Position numbers and translations under genes: made by a program
Assembly: GCA_002779995.1 (NCBI GenBank)
Contig: PEWX01000115.1
Span: 20,016-84,015 of the forward strand
From: Piscirickettsiaceae bacterium CG07_land_8_20_14_0_80_44_28
Lineage (GTDB): Bacteria; Pseudomonadota; Gammaproteobacteria; Thiomicrospirales; Thiomicrospiraceae
DNA: 64,000 nucleotides
Direction of reading: 5' to 3'
Part shown: piece after piece, positions 1-9,370 of the stretch
Position numbering within the stretch: position 1 is the stretch's first letter
Layout: each line of letters begins with the position of its first letter
Notes under the pieces: model-generated
What the model saw: only the letters and a program-made list of their open reading frames with translations
Databases searched by the model: none
Told to the model about the DNA's origin: nothing

Positions 1-139
1 CACCCTCATTAATATCACGCACCGTACCGACAAATGCCACCACCGCGCCAATATCTTTGTGGCCTTCACGCAAGGCTTTCACTTCTGTCGTCAAATCAAA
101 ATCAGCCGTTTGCACTTTGATAAACGGAAAATCCGTCAT
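1..139 (-). CDS. moaE: Molybdopterin synthase catalytic subunit MoaE, N-terminal part (gene runs off the left edge)
   Basis: Not in the ORF track because it is too short within the window. Reverse-strand translation from the ATG at 139-137 reads MTDFPFIKVQTADFDLTTEVKALREGHKDIGAVVAFVGTVRDINEG. The GAVVxFxGxVR segment resembles the MoaE N-terminus. The gene starts 4 nt after the moaD stop. Confidence 0.7.
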   Translation of the reverse strand, partial: MTDFPFIKVQTADFDLTTEVKALREGHKDIGAVVAFVGTVRDINEG

Positions 140-142
140 TTG

Positions 143-394
143 TCAGCCCCCTGTTACCGGCGGGAAAAACGCAATTTCATCGCCCGCATTCAATCGTGTT
201 GAACGGTCAGCAATGGTCTGGTTTACAGCAATTTGCAAATTTGGGTTAGCACTTAATGCAAGCTGCCAAGCATCACCACGCTTTGATAAATCATCCAATA
301 AACAAGCAACCGTTTTATAAGAAGCCAAAGGCAATTGTTCTTGGCTTTGACCTAATGCTTCCCGAAAACTTGCAAAATAAAAAATATCTAACAT
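143..394 (-). CDS. moaD: Molybdopterin synthase sulfur-carrier subunit MoaD
   Basis: 83 aa ubiquitin-like small protein ending in the diagnostic C-terminal Gly-Gly (FFPPVTGG). It lies between moaA and moaE. Confidence 0.85.
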   Translation of the reverse strand: MLDIFYFASFREALGQSQEQLPLASYKTVACLLDDLSKRGDAWQLALSANPNLQIAVNQTIADRSTRLNAGDEIAFFPPVTGG

Positions 395-427
395 TTCTTT
401 ATCTCCAAAATACCTTAGTTACCTGAC

Positions 428-1423
428 TCAACCGCCTAATGACACCATTTGACGAAATTCAATATTGTGAACATTCTCTTTAAAAAAATGTCTTTCCGGC
501 TTTTTTAACATGGCTTCAACAATCAACTGTTGCAAGCCATCATCCGAAATGCCTTGACGTAAGGGTTTGCGTAAATCGACCGAATCTTCTTGCCCCAAAC
601 ACAAAGCCAATACCCCTCTCGCCGTTAATCTAACCCGATTACAACTTTCACAAAAATGTTGAGACACAGCGGATATCACCCCAATTTTGGCGTCTGTTGC
701 TGTAATCTGGAAGTTTTTGGATGGCCCGTCATGAGACTTTCCGGTTGATGGAATCAAGCTCGTTCCACAGTGCGCCCGAATACGCGCTAAAATTTTTTCC
801 ATTGGGTAGTGTTGATCCATCATGCTCATGCCGGCGGGGCCGATTGGCATGGTTTCAATAAACCGCACTTCAACTCCTTTCTCAATACCATAATCCACCA
901 TCGCCTCAATTTCATCATCATTGGTGCCTTGCATGACCACCATATTAAATTTGACCGGATTTAACCCAGCTGCTAATGCGGCATCGACACCTTGCAAAAC
1001 CTTTTCTAAATCGCCTCCTCGGGTGATTTGATGAAACTTATGAGGCTGCAAAGAATCAATCGAAATATTGACTCTATGAAGGCCTACCCGCTTTAGAGGC
1101 TCAGCATGCTTCGCTAAATGATGTGCATTGGTGGACAAAGCAATTTCTTGCAAGCCGTCCAGTGGACTAATTGACCCGACAAAATCGGTTAACCCTTTTC
1201 TGACCAAGGGTTCGCCACCGGTAATGCGCACCTTAGTCACGCCCAAAGCCACAAAAGCTTCAATAATCCGTGCTAATTCATCAAAGTCTAAATATTCCGT
1301 ATGACGTCCCTCGGGATGCACGCCTTGTTCAGGCATACAATAACCACACCGATAATTACAGCGATCCGTCACAGACACTCTTAAATAATTGATGGTTCGA
1401 TTAAAGGGATCGATTAAAGGCAT
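428..1423 (-). CDS. moaA: GTP 3',8-cyclase MoaA (radical SAM)
   Basis: 331 aa. Has the radical-SAM motif CNYRCGYC, the second-cluster region CESCNRVRLT, and a C-terminal GG. Confidence 0.95.
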   Translation of the reverse strand: MPLIDPFNRTINYLRVSVTDRCNYRCGYCMPEQGVHPEGRHTEYLDFDELARIIEAFVALGVTKVRITGGEPLVRKGLTDFVGSISPLDGLQEIALSTNAHHLAKHAEPLKRVGLHRVNISIDSLQPHKFHQITRGGDLEKVLQGVDAALAAGLNPVKFNMVVMQGTNDDEIEAMVDYGIEKGVEVRFIETMPIGPAGMSMMDQHYPMEKILARIRAHCGTSLIPSTGKSHDGPSKNFQITATDAKIGVISAVSQHFCESCNRVRLTARGVLALCLGQEDSVDLRKPLRQGISDDGLQQLIVEAMLKKPERHFFKENVHNIEFRQMVSLGG

Positions 1424-1574
1424 AAGCGTTATCTCTTTGTGGAAATAACGATATTATACAAACTATTCTGTGAATCTCAATATTAATTAAGATTGACAGT
1501 TTAGATGGGGTTATTAAATAAATATTAGCAAATACTGAAACAATGGAATTGATTTATAATCAAAGCGTTACGTA

Positions 1575-3089
1575 TTAGTGCTGTAGTCGTCTATATACCG
1601 AATACCTGCTCAAAAGATTCAAAGCCATCATTTTAAGCGGGATCAAATCTAAATCGGGCAAGGACTTTGCCCAATCCAATGCTAACCGTTTGACTTGCAG
1701 CGACGTTCGACCATAAAAACAGTCATTCAAGCCGGCAACCAATAACGCAGCTTGATCTATAGCACCATAGCGATTTTCAAACCAATTCAACCACTGGCCT
1801 AAACTTTGTGAGGATCCTTCACCGCCATCTAAGCCAGGGGCATTCAATAATAGCCAGGCCTGGCTATTATTTGTCCACACTTGAATCGCCTTCCATATTT
1901 CTTCGCTCTGTTTTGCCTGACGTAAGGCGTGCAACAGACGGCGTTTTAAATATACTGCCCGAAGCAGCTGCAAAACCACCATCAAGCCCATTGCCATCAG
2001 GAGTATCCAAAGTGCTTTTGCCAGCCAAATCATCCAACTCGGTACCGATAAAACCCCTTGAGAATCGACAAACTGATCAACCAACTTACCGGTTTCCACG
2101 TCAAAATAGCTCAACCTGAGAGGCGGGAACCTTACCCAACCATATTGATTGACTCGAAAAGGTTGTTCAATTTTCATACTCGAATGCAGACCATCAAGCT
2201 GAATATTGCTAACCAGCCATTTTGATGCGCTCAACCACTCGAATCCTTGCTGTGACGGCAATCCCTCGATTAAATTTGGAAAATCTTTTAAGGGTAAATC
2301 CGTGCCATCCAATCGCCACCGCCAGATCTGTAATGCGCCTTTTTCAACCCAATACTTAGGAAATTCTGACGTTAACTGTAGCTTTCCGACAGGGAGGTTT
2401 CTGGGTACAAATCCTGGCAAAGGTTGCACTCGAATATTGATTGGCGGTGCCACAAACAACCATTGCTGTTGCGTGGCGTTCCTCACCCAAAACCTGGGTG
2501 AGGACACTGAAAATTCACCCGTTTCGATTAACTGTACCCCACTGGTGTAACGCCATTGATGGCCTAAAATACCCGATCTGCCATCCTCTTTGGCTGTTTC
2601 CAGCCATTGAACGTTTCCCTGACCATTTTCAGGCAACTCTACGCTAATCGAAAATTCGGCATCTTCTGCCAAAACTTGTGTCCGCCAATAGACCACTTGA
2701 TTTTGATAGGCTCTTTCATCGGTTTTTGGTGCCTGCCAGACCACCTTTATCGCCGGGTTTTCAGTCACCTCAATCACTGGCGGTTGATAGTGCTTTGGCC
2801 CCAATCGAATGGGATTTAAGGTTATTAGCCCGGGATGATAAGGAACCATTTTAATCCGCAACCGATCTCCTCCCCCAAACATGCGCTCAATATAAAAGGA
2901 CTGTTTTAATTCCGTCAAGTCAGCCTCTTCTAAAGCTGACTCTATCCCGGGACCTTCTAATACCCAAGTCACTGCTTGACCCATAAACACCTGGTTGGGA
3001 GCCATACGTATCTCATCTGCCCAAACAACGGAGACACTCAGCAATAGCCCCACCAGTAAAGTCAGTCGCCGCCATCTCTTCGCTACCAT
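1575..3089 (-). CDS. BatD-like protein, last gene of Bat-like operon A
   Basis: 504 aa. Has a signal peptide (LLLSVSVVWA), a large extracytoplasmic domain, one C-terminal TM helix and a cytoplasmic tail. It overlaps the upstream VWA-TPR gene by 7 nt and has the same architecture as ORF 22500-24197. Confidence 0.65.
   Translation of the reverse strand: MVAKRWRRLTLLVGLLLSVSVVWADEIRMAPNQVFMGQAVTWVLEGPGIESALEEADLTELKQSFYIERMFGGGDRLRIKMVPYHPGLITLNPIRLGPKHYQPPVIEVTENPAIKVVWQAPKTDERAYQNQVVYWRTQVLAEDAEFSISVELPENGQGNVQWLETAKEDGRSGILGHQWRYTSGVQLIETGEFSVSSPRFWVRNATQQQWLFVAPPINIRVQPLPGFVPRNLPVGKLQLTSEFPKYWVEKGALQIWRWRLDGTDLPLKDFPNLIEGLPSQQGFEWLSASKWLVSNIQLDGLHSSMKIEQPFRVNQYGWVRFPPLRLSYFDVETGKLVDQFVDSQGVLSVPSWMIWLAKALWILLMAMGLMVVLQLLRAVYLKRRLLHALRQAKQSEEIWKAIQVWTNNSQAWLLLNAPGLDGGEGSSQSLGQWLNWFENRYGAIDQAALLVAGLNDCFYGRTSLQVKRLALDWAKSLPDLDLIPLKMMALNLLSRYSVYRRLQH
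1846..1871. repeat. Perfect 26-bp palindrome AATAATAGCCAGGCCTGGCTATTATT (core CCAGGCCTGG at 1854-1863), inside the BatD-like CDS
   Basis: Read directly from the sequence; the reverse complement is identical. Encodes SQAW on the minus strand. Confidence 0.95.
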
Positions 3090-5044
3090 GGTTGCACACC
3101 AGGTAAAGGGTGAGATTCCATTTGTCGAGCTTGAAACCCTTCTTCTCGTTCAAACAAATGCTTCAGCAACGCCAATTGATTGTCTTGTATGGCTTGCATA
3201 TTTTTGTCAAACTGCTCTATCCGTTTTCTACGTTGTTGTTGATCCAAAATCGCATTCGCTGAGCTGTTCAATGCAAAAGATTGCGGTGATTTAAGGGTGA
3301 AGTCGGTTGGGTCTTCTGCTTCGGGTAACACAAATTCTTTACCCTCCATCTCGCCTTCAGGCGAATCTCCTGAGGCGCCTTCTCCCGCACCGGGATCGGG
3401 TTTTTGTCCACCATAAAAAGCCCCTTCATTATCACGACTGTTTTTACCACGCCCTTGCCCTTCACCCTGTTGTTGATTTTGTTGTTGACCCGATTGGCGT
3501 TGTCGTGCTTTTTGTGCCAAGTCTAGATTATGCTTGGCTTTTTCATAATTTGGTTTATACAATAATGCTTGTTGATAAGACTCAATTGCATGTGCAAACA
3601 ATCCCGCTTTATAAAAAGTATTTCCCAAATTAAACAAAGCATAAGCACGCTTTTGATCAGATTCAGCTTGCATGGCTGCCTGTTGAAAATACACCACAGC
3701 TGATTCATAATCCTGCTTGCGATAAGCCGATGCACCCGCACCCAATATGCCATTAAAATAGCTTAAATCCTGATACGTTTGCTCGGCCTCATCATACCGC
3801 TGTGATTGAAAAGCATCATAAGCACGTTGTTCCTGCTTGACCGACGTTTGTTGCATCCATTGTGCTCTAACAGGATCACTTCCCCCCATAACGAAAAAGA
3901 AACTAACCCCCATTACCCCCATCAATAAAGGCTGTTGAGACTTTTTATTTCGTCTATTTCCCAAGAAATTCAGCGGATAAAAAGCCCACAATAACGCAAA
4001 AAATGCCAGCGCAATAAAGGGCTTATGATGATCCTTCCATATCGGCTTTGAAGACTGTTCAGATCTCGCTTGCGCTTGCGCACTGATATCCTTTAAAAAC
4101 CCTTCCAAAAAAGCTAACGACTCACCGGCTATCAAAGTTCGGCCTTGCCATTGCTCTGCGAGTTTTTCAAGCGAATCCGACGCTAACTGAGTCATCACCT
4201 TGCGACCATTCACATGTAAAGCGCCTGTCGGATGCGCCTGGCTTGGAATCACAGTCGGTTGTGGTTGGCCAACGCCAATCACACGTAGCTGACCCGGAAA
4301 CACCTTTTTGACTTTCAATGGCGATGATTGATTATTGGCAATATTCGACGGTTGACCCCCATCAGTAAAAAGCAATAATATTTGAGTTTTCCCTGCCGTC
4401 TGTTGTAAATGGGATAAACCAAATGCAATCGCATCGTCTGCCTGAGAGCCTAATGTCGGCAAAATGCCGGGTCGCACCAAATTGAGATAATATTGGAATA
4501 ATTCACGGTCATAACTCAAAGGCGCGACCAAATGCGGCCTGCCGGCATAGACCATTAACCCAACTCGATCATTGGCTTCTAAACGGTTTACCAACGACTC
4601 TATCAAAGCCTTCGCGTGCAAAAACCGATTCGGCGCGACATCCTGTGCCATCATTGAACGAGAGGCATCCATTGCCACCAAAATATCCACACCGGAACGG
4701 CTGATTTGCTCGGGAGAAGGCACTAGGGTTCTTGGACCCGCCAACGCAATCACCATAGCCATCCAAGCCAGCATTATCAAGCCTTTGGGTTGCACAAACC
4801 TACCGAAAAAACGCCCAGGCCTGGTGGTTTTTAACGCTTTTTTGGCATCCATATTGGGAACCTTAACCCAGGGTAATAAATGATCTTGTGCATAGAGGTT
4901 ATTGCGATGACGTCGCCAACTAAACGCCAAAACGCCCCAAACAAACGGAAGCAACAACAGCCAAAGGAGATCACTATCACGCCACTGCCAGGCTAAAAAG
5001 GTCTCGATCACACGCCCTCCCGTTGTAGCCGTTTCGCGACCCAT
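3083..5044 (-). CDS. VWA-domain plus TPR-repeat protein (BatB/BatC-like fusion), operon A
   Basis: 653 aa. Has N-terminal TM helices, a VWA domain with MIDAS motif DASRS, a central TM segment, TPR repeats (YDEAEQTYQD..., YESAVVYFQQ..., FAHAIESYQQALLYKPN), and a Q/G/E-rich low-complexity tail. An alternative GTG start at 5011 forms a GTGA overlap with the upstream stop. Confidence 0.8.
   Translation of the reverse strand: MGRETATTGGRVIETFLAWQWRDSDLLWLLLLPFVWGVLAFSWRRHRNNLYAQDHLLPWVKVPNMDAKKALKTTRPGRFFGRFVQPKGLIMLAWMAMVIALAGPRTLVPSPEQISRSGVDILVAMDASRSMMAQDVAPNRFLHAKALIESLVNRLEANDRVGLMVYAGRPHLVAPLSYDRELFQYYLNLVRPGILPTLGSQADDAIAFGLSHLQQTAGKTQILLLFTDGGQPSNIANNQSSPLKVKKVFPGQLRVIGVGQPQPTVIPSQAHPTGALHVNGRKVMTQLASDSLEKLAEQWQGRTLIAGESLAFLEGFLKDISAQAQARSEQSSKPIWKDHHKPFIALAFFALLWAFYPLNFLGNRRNKKSQQPLLMGVMGVSFFFVMGGSDPVRAQWMQQTSVKQEQRAYDAFQSQRYDEAEQTYQDLSYFNGILGAGASAYRKQDYESAVVYFQQAAMQAESDQKRAYALFNLGNTFYKAGLFAHAIESYQQALLYKPNYEKAKHNLDLAQKARQRQSGQQQNQQQGEGQGRGKNSRDNEGAFYGGQKPDPGAGEGASGDSPEGEMEGKEFVLPEAEDPTDFTLKSPQSFALNSSANAILDQQQRRKRIEQFDKNMQAIQDNQLALLKHLFEREEGFQARQMESHPLPGVQPW
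4815..4824. repeat. CCAGGCCTGG palindrome copy (exact), inside the VWA-TPR CDS
   Basis: Flanks are aaaaacgc / tggttttt. Coding frame is T-R-P-G on the minus strand. Confidence 0.95.
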
Positions 5045-6105
5045 TGCATCCAGCCAAAATACAGCATAAACACGCCAAAACTGAGCACTAATAATTCATT
5101 AACAAGTGAACGCCATTGAAATTTAGCGCTGGTGACGGGCACTTCAACGCCTTCTGTTTGATCTATTTGAGCGAGAACGGCCTGCAAATCCTCTCTGCCG
5201 CCAATACGATAGTAACGCCCACCTGTCTGTTCCGCGATTGTCTTTAAAGGCGATGCCTCCAGCGTTTGATAAAGCAAGCCGCTAAATTCGCGTTGATCAG
5301 CAGATGCCTGCTCCCCACCCACACCAATGGTATAAATCGGCACATTGAGTCCTTGTGCATAATTAATGGCTTCCGATATCGGAATGCGACTGTCACGCGT
5401 CATTCCATCCGATATCAATACCACTACCCGATTCTGAGTGGTCTCGGTTGCTCGCTCTGTTTGCTTTAATGCCAAGCCTAATGCCTCGCCTATTGCTTCG
5501 TCCGTTCTCCCCGCCAGATAGGGTCTCAAGCGTTTCAGCATTAACCTTGTTGTGTGATTGTCTGAGGTTAGCGGCATTAATGTATAAGCCGACTCCGCAT
5601 ACAAGATCAAACTAAATCGATTGCCACGCATTCCCAAAATAAATTGATCCAACACGGATTTAATCGCATCTAACCTCGTTGCCGAAATGCCAGAGACTTG
5701 ATAGTCTTCCAACCCCATACTCACCGATGTTTCAACCACCATAACAATATCCCTAACGGTTTTTGTTTGCGATTCCGGGGGCAGCTCCACTTGATAAACG
5801 GGTTCCGCCAAGGCAGTTATTAACAAACCCAATAATAACCAACGTAATAAGTGCAATAAAAGCTGCTGCCACCGCATCGCTTTAACGGGTGGCGTTCTAA
5901 AAGCCATTCGATCAATCAATGAATGGCGAAACACCATCGCCTGTGCTTGTGCCACTTGTTGCCAATCCGTCTGACCGGGACGAAACCGATGCCATAGCGC
6001 CAACAAGGCTAATCCCCCCCAGCCGGCAAACCATTCCGGGTGCAAAAAATGCACTTGATCCCAATGTTTCACCCATTCCAATAATCCTAAGACATCAATC
6101 ATCAT
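5008..6105 (-). CDS. VWA-domain membrane protein (BatA-like), operon A
   Basis: 365 aa. Has N-terminal TM helices, a VWA domain (MIDAS position reads ETSVS rather than DxSxS), and a C-terminal TM helix. It overlaps both neighbours. Confidence 0.8.
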   Translation of the reverse strand: MMIDVLGLLEWVKHWDQVHFLHPEWFAGWGGLALLALWHRFRPGQTDWQQVAQAQAMVFRHSLIDRMAFRTPPVKAMRWQQLLLHLLRWLLLGLLITALAEPVYQVELPPESQTKTVRDIVMVVETSVSMGLEDYQVSGISATRLDAIKSVLDQFILGMRGNRFSLILYAESAYTLMPLTSDNHTTRLMLKRLRPYLAGRTDEAIGEALGLALKQTERATETTQNRVVVLISDGMTRDSRIPISEAINYAQGLNVPIYTIGVGGEQASADQREFSGLLYQTLEASPLKTIAEQTGGRYYRIGGREDLQAVLAQIDQTEGVEVPVTSAKFQWRSLVNELLVLSFGVFMLYFGWMQWVAKRLQREGV

Positions 6106-6604
6106 TGCACCCTTTGCGAAAACTTAAACGGCAAAGGAGCTTCTGAAATGCAGTGGCTAAAACCCATGTCAGTTTTGGGCGGTGCTTTGATAACACCTGA
6201 TCAAATTGTTGCAATAAGGCGCTAAAGGTTTCACGTGAAACGCCCGTTTTAGAAAAGCAGGCCTGGTTAATGAGTTGCGATAATTCAGCCGCCGTCACCA
6301 TCGGAATCAACTGATGGCGCTGTGCTAACAAAAAGGTTTGATAGACTTTATTTTGAACTTTTTGACGTTCAACTAAGGTTGCTGATTTTGTGAAGCGCCT
6401 AAGCTGATGACGCAGTTGAAGCTGTAGCCTGATTCTTAACCAATAGTGAGTCATTGCCCAATAGATCCCAGTCAATATCACCACCACGATCAGAATCAGT
6501 AACACATTCTGACCCATCCCCAGCCAATCGATACCCGGTGCCAAAGGCAACTCAATATCCATTAATTGTGTTTCATCTACTTTAGGCGTAGCTGAATGAG
6601 ACAT
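6095..6604 (-). CDS. DUF4381-like small membrane protein, operon A
   Basis: 169 aa. Has the motif IELPLAPGIDW followed by a single TM helix, at the same operon position and with the same pattern as ORF 19096-19566 (IYIPEAIGWWPP). Confidence 0.6.
   Translation of the reverse strand: MSHSATPKVDETQLMDIELPLAPGIDWLGMGQNVLLILIVVVILTGIYWAMTHYWLRIRLQLQLRHQLRRFTKSATLVERQKVQNKVYQTFLLAQRHQLIPMVTAAELSQLINQACFSKTGVSRETFSALLQQFDQVLSKHRPKLTWVLATAFQKLLCRLSFRKGCNDD
6257..6266. repeat. One-mismatch copy of the palindrome (GCAGGCCTGG) in the DUF4381-like CDS
   Basis: Encodes NQAC on the minus strand. It sits at the position homologous to the exact copy at 19398 (GQAW) in the paralog. Confidence 0.8.
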
Positions 6605-7583
6605 GCCCCGCCTCCGCCATCAGCCGATAATTTAATTGCGCTAAGGTTTCGGTCGTCGCCAAACTCACCACCCAAACACCCGAGTTGACCAACTGCTGAT
6701 GTTTTTCAGCGAAGTAGTCTGCCGCCCAAGCGTGATAAGCCTGCTGTTGCTCCGATGTTAAAGATTTAAGTTGACCCTCGCCACTTAAAGCGTGCAAGCT
6801 CATACCCGAAATAGCTGGCAACTGCTTTTCCACTGGATCGTAAATCAAGATGGCTTTTACCATCACCTTGGCTTGCAAAGCTGCTAACAACTGCAAAGCT
6901 CGTTCGGTTAAGTCCTTAAAATCACTAATGATCAGCAAACGATCCCCCGCCTTGAGTCGATGTTGACAATCTAATAACTCATCTTCTAATTGTGGGCCTT
7001 GCTCTATTGCTAAAGGTGGGCAAGGAACCGCTGCAAAATCCATAAAGCGTGCGTAAGTTGAGCGGCCCTCCAAGATGGCAGAGTTGCGAACCGTTTCACC
7101 CAAAGCGACGGCCGCAAAAGGCAGATTAGACTGCTCTGCCTGCCAAGCAAAAAACCCCGCCACTCGAGTTGCTTGCGTTACCTTTAATTGTGACTGAGTG
7201 CCAAACCGCATCGATGGACGTTGATCTAATATAACCACCCAACCTTCTTGACGTTCTTCTTGAAATAGTTTTGTATAGGCTTGACCCGTACGAGCCATTA
7301 AACGCCAATTTAGCCGCCGGACCTCATCCCCCGGTTGATAAAGTCGACTTTCTTCATATTCCATGCCCGAACCCAAATATCGACTGGCTTGCTCGCCTTG
7401 CTTTAAGGCTTCACTGGCTTTGGGATTCTCGATAGGGCGAGAGGCGACATCGGCAATTTCATCTGCCAATCGATGAATTTCCGCTTCCGATAAAATAGGA
7501 GAGGACACCTGATCCACAAAAGCTGACGCCGTTGTCACCGCCAACCCTTTTTGAACCCAACGACTCAGCCCTAACCACTTCAT
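6582..7583 (-). CDS. DUF58 family protein (VWA-like partner of MoxR), operon A
   Basis: 333 aa. Has the motif YQPGDEVRRLNWRLMART..TKLFQEE, typical of DUF58, and lies immediately downstream of the MoxR ATPase. Confidence 0.85.
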   Translation of the reverse strand: MKWLGLSRWVQKGLAVTTASAFVDQVSSPILSEAEIHRLADEIADVASRPIENPKASEALKQGEQASRYLGSGMEYEESRLYQPGDEVRRLNWRLMARTGQAYTKLFQEERQEGWVVILDQRPSMRFGTQSQLKVTQATRVAGFFAWQAEQSNLPFAAVALGETVRNSAILEGRSTYARFMDFAAVPCPPLAIEQGPQLEDELLDCQHRLKAGDRLLIISDFKDLTERALQLLAALQAKVMVKAILIYDPVEKQLPAISGMSLHALSGEGQLKSLTSEQQQAYHAWAADYFAEKHQQLVNSGVWVVSLATTETLAQLNYRLMAEAGHVSFSYA

Positions 7584-7586
7584 TAA

Positions 7587-8588
7587 CTAGTTGCTCGCCA
7601 ATGAATTAAACGCATGGTCTGCTGATAGTGGAACCGGAACCAATTCCATAATCTTGTTAATAACCCCCTCTTCTGTCCACTGTTTAGCACGACCTGAAAA
7701 ACTGACTCGAATACGATGGCGTAGTACATCCGGTAAAAGGGCAATGACATCATCGGGGGTTACATAATCGCGACCCACTAACCAAGCTTTGGCACTGGCG
7801 GCATGCAATAGCGACAAAGAGGCACGAGGCGAGGCGCCAATTTCTAGTACGCCGGCTAAAGATTCATCCCATTGCTGCAAGCGCCGCGTTGCGCCGGTTA
7901 AGGCAACAATATAGTGTTCGACCGCTTCTGAAACATATTGTTCAGAAATTTGATGTCGAGCTTCTAAAACATCCTTTGGCGTAATTAAGGCATTCAACTC
8001 CGCGACATCTTCACCAAAATGCCGTGCGCGATCCCGCCTTAAAATCATCAGCTCTTCGTCTTCAGACGGATAATCCAGTTGCACATGTAACATAAAACGA
8101 TCTAATTGAGCTTCAGGCAGCGGATAGGTACCGCTTTGCTCTAAGGGATTTTGGGTCGCCATGACAATAAATAAATCTGGCAAAGTTCGTGTTACCCCGC
8201 CCGCCGTGACTTGTTTTTCCGCCATGGCTTCAAGCAACGCCGATTGCACTTTAGGGGGGGCGCGATTGATTTCATCGGCCAAAATGATTTCGTGAAAAAT
8301 AGGCCCTTTCACAAAGGTCAGCCGACCCGTATTGGTTTCCAAAATATCGGAACCCGTCACATCTCCCGGCATTAAATCCGGCGTAAACTGAATACGCTGA
8401 AAACTAGCCTTAACACTGTCCGACAGCGTTTTCACCGCTGTGGTTTTTGCCAGGCCTGGTGGTCCTTCAAGCAAGAGATGACCGCCCGTCAACAGCGCAA
8501 TAATCATTCGATCCAATAAATCTTCTTGACCAACAATCACTTGTTGTAAGTGTGCCTTAAGTTGTTGAAATTTGGGGTAAGTGACCAT
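7587..8588 (-). CDS. MoxR-family AAA+ ATPase, first gene of Bat-like operon A
   Basis: 333 aa. Has Walker A GPPGLAKT, Walker B ILADEINRA, and the MoxR signatures QFTPDLMPGDVTG and ATQNPLEQSGTYPLPEAQLDRF. GGAGAG lies upstream of the ATG. Confidence 0.95.
   Translation of the reverse strand: MVTYPKFQQLKAHLQQVIVGQEDLLDRMIIALLTGGHLLLEGPPGLAKTTAVKTLSDSVKASFQRIQFTPDLMPGDVTGSDILETNTGRLTFVKGPIFHEIILADEINRAPPKVQSALLEAMAEKQVTAGGVTRTLPDLFIVMATQNPLEQSGTYPLPEAQLDRFMLHVQLDYPSEDEELMILRRDRARHFGEDVAELNALITPKDVLEARHQISEQYVSEAVEHYIVALTGATRRLQQWDESLAGVLEIGASPRASLSLLHAASAKAWLVGRDYVTPDDVIALLPDVLRHRIRVSFSGRAKQWTEEGVINKIMELVPVPLSADHAFNSLASN
8450..8459. repeat. CCAGGCCTGG palindrome copy (exact), in the MoxR Walker A codons
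   Basis: Encodes P-G-L of GPPGLAKT. The same codons are used in the paralog at 17352. Confidence 0.95.
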
Positions 8589-8708
8589 GCGCTCTCCATT
8601 CTATGCTGGCCAAACAAGGGGTTAGCACCAACAGTGGCAGTGATTAAAATTGGATTAATATAACACTTAACCATTTTCTTATATAATCAAAAAATTATTT
8701 AATGCCAT

Positions 8709-9284
8709 TTAAGACTTTAATCCGTTCGGCGTAGCCGGGCGAGCTTCTAATCGTTTTTGCAAAGTAGCTTTGGTACTTTTATTAGCTGAAGTCGTCGCGA
8801 CCTTGATAACCGGTCTTTGCAGGATTAAATTATTTGGATAGGCAACCGCTTGTCCCTTGTCATCTTCCAATAACACTTGAAATAAATTGATTTCGGTAAT
8901 TGTGCCTTTCATTTTGGTGGCGCCATCAACGATTTCAATGGTATCGCCAATGCGTGCCGGAAAAGAGAAGAACACGATGACCCCTGCCGTAATATTACTC
9001 AAAATAGACCATTGAGCGACCAATGCCACACCGATAACGGCTAAGATGGAAGAGGCAAACACCAGTAAGCCTCTATAATCCACCCCCCACACCATCATCA
9101 CCAACACCAACAGCGTTAAAAACAACACCAGATGAAAATAGCGAGTGACATTTTTGACCCGAATTTCAGGCACTTTTTTAGCAATGCCTAAGCGCTTCAA
9201 CAGTTTGCTGATTGTCCATTTGGAAAATAAATAACCTAACAGTAAAACCACGCTTAACAACAGTTGAAAATAATAGTTTTCCAT
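8709..9284 (-). CDS. Small MscS-family mechanosensitive channel protein
   Basis: Three TM helices followed by an MscS beta-domain-like segment (GDTIEIVDGATKMKGTITEINLFQVLLEDDKGQAVAYPNN). I prefer the ATG at 9284 (MENYYF), which is preceded by AGAGGGG, over the TTG at 9317 used by the ORF track. Confidence 0.75.
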   Translation of the reverse strand: MENYYFQLLLSVVLLLGYLFSKWTISKLLKRLGIAKKVPEIRVKNVTRYFHLVLFLTLLVLVMMVWGVDYRGLLVFASSILAVIGVALVAQWSILSNITAGVIVFFSFPARIGDTIEIVDGATKMKGTITEINLFQVLLEDDKGQAVAYPNNLILQRPVIKVATTSANKSTKATLQKRLEARPATPNGLKS

Positions 9285-9370
9285 AACAACCCCTCTAGCG
9301 ATAATGAGAAAAACCAATCTTATGGTAATATTACACGCATTGACTACCCGAATTTCAACAGGATTTTTTC

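Noticed and set aside
1424-1574. A possible Moco riboswitch upstream of moaA.
   Set aside because: The 151-nt leader is very AT-rich. It shows none of the GC-rich conserved stems I associate with the Moco RNA motif. A covariance-model scan would be needed to revisit this.
1808-2819. Plus-strand ORFs of 68-114 aa (1808-2119, 2206-2550, 2441-2647, 2607-2819). Many similar antisense or off-frame ORFs occur elsewhere, for example 3268-3753, 4569-4883, 7126-7308, 9661-9846, 10095-10565, 19703-20140, 21980-22618, 38692-39099, 58298-58793 and 61218-61568.
   Set aside because: They lie entirely within longer ORFs that have clear family signatures. Their products are low-complexity or Cys/Arg-rich, as is typical of shadow frames, and they lack start-site context.
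8450-8459. Counting the two Walker A copies (8450 and 17352) as independent evidence for the palindrome family.
   Set aside because: GPPGLAKT is functionally constrained, so these two copies may be coding coincidences. The over-representation argument holds without them.
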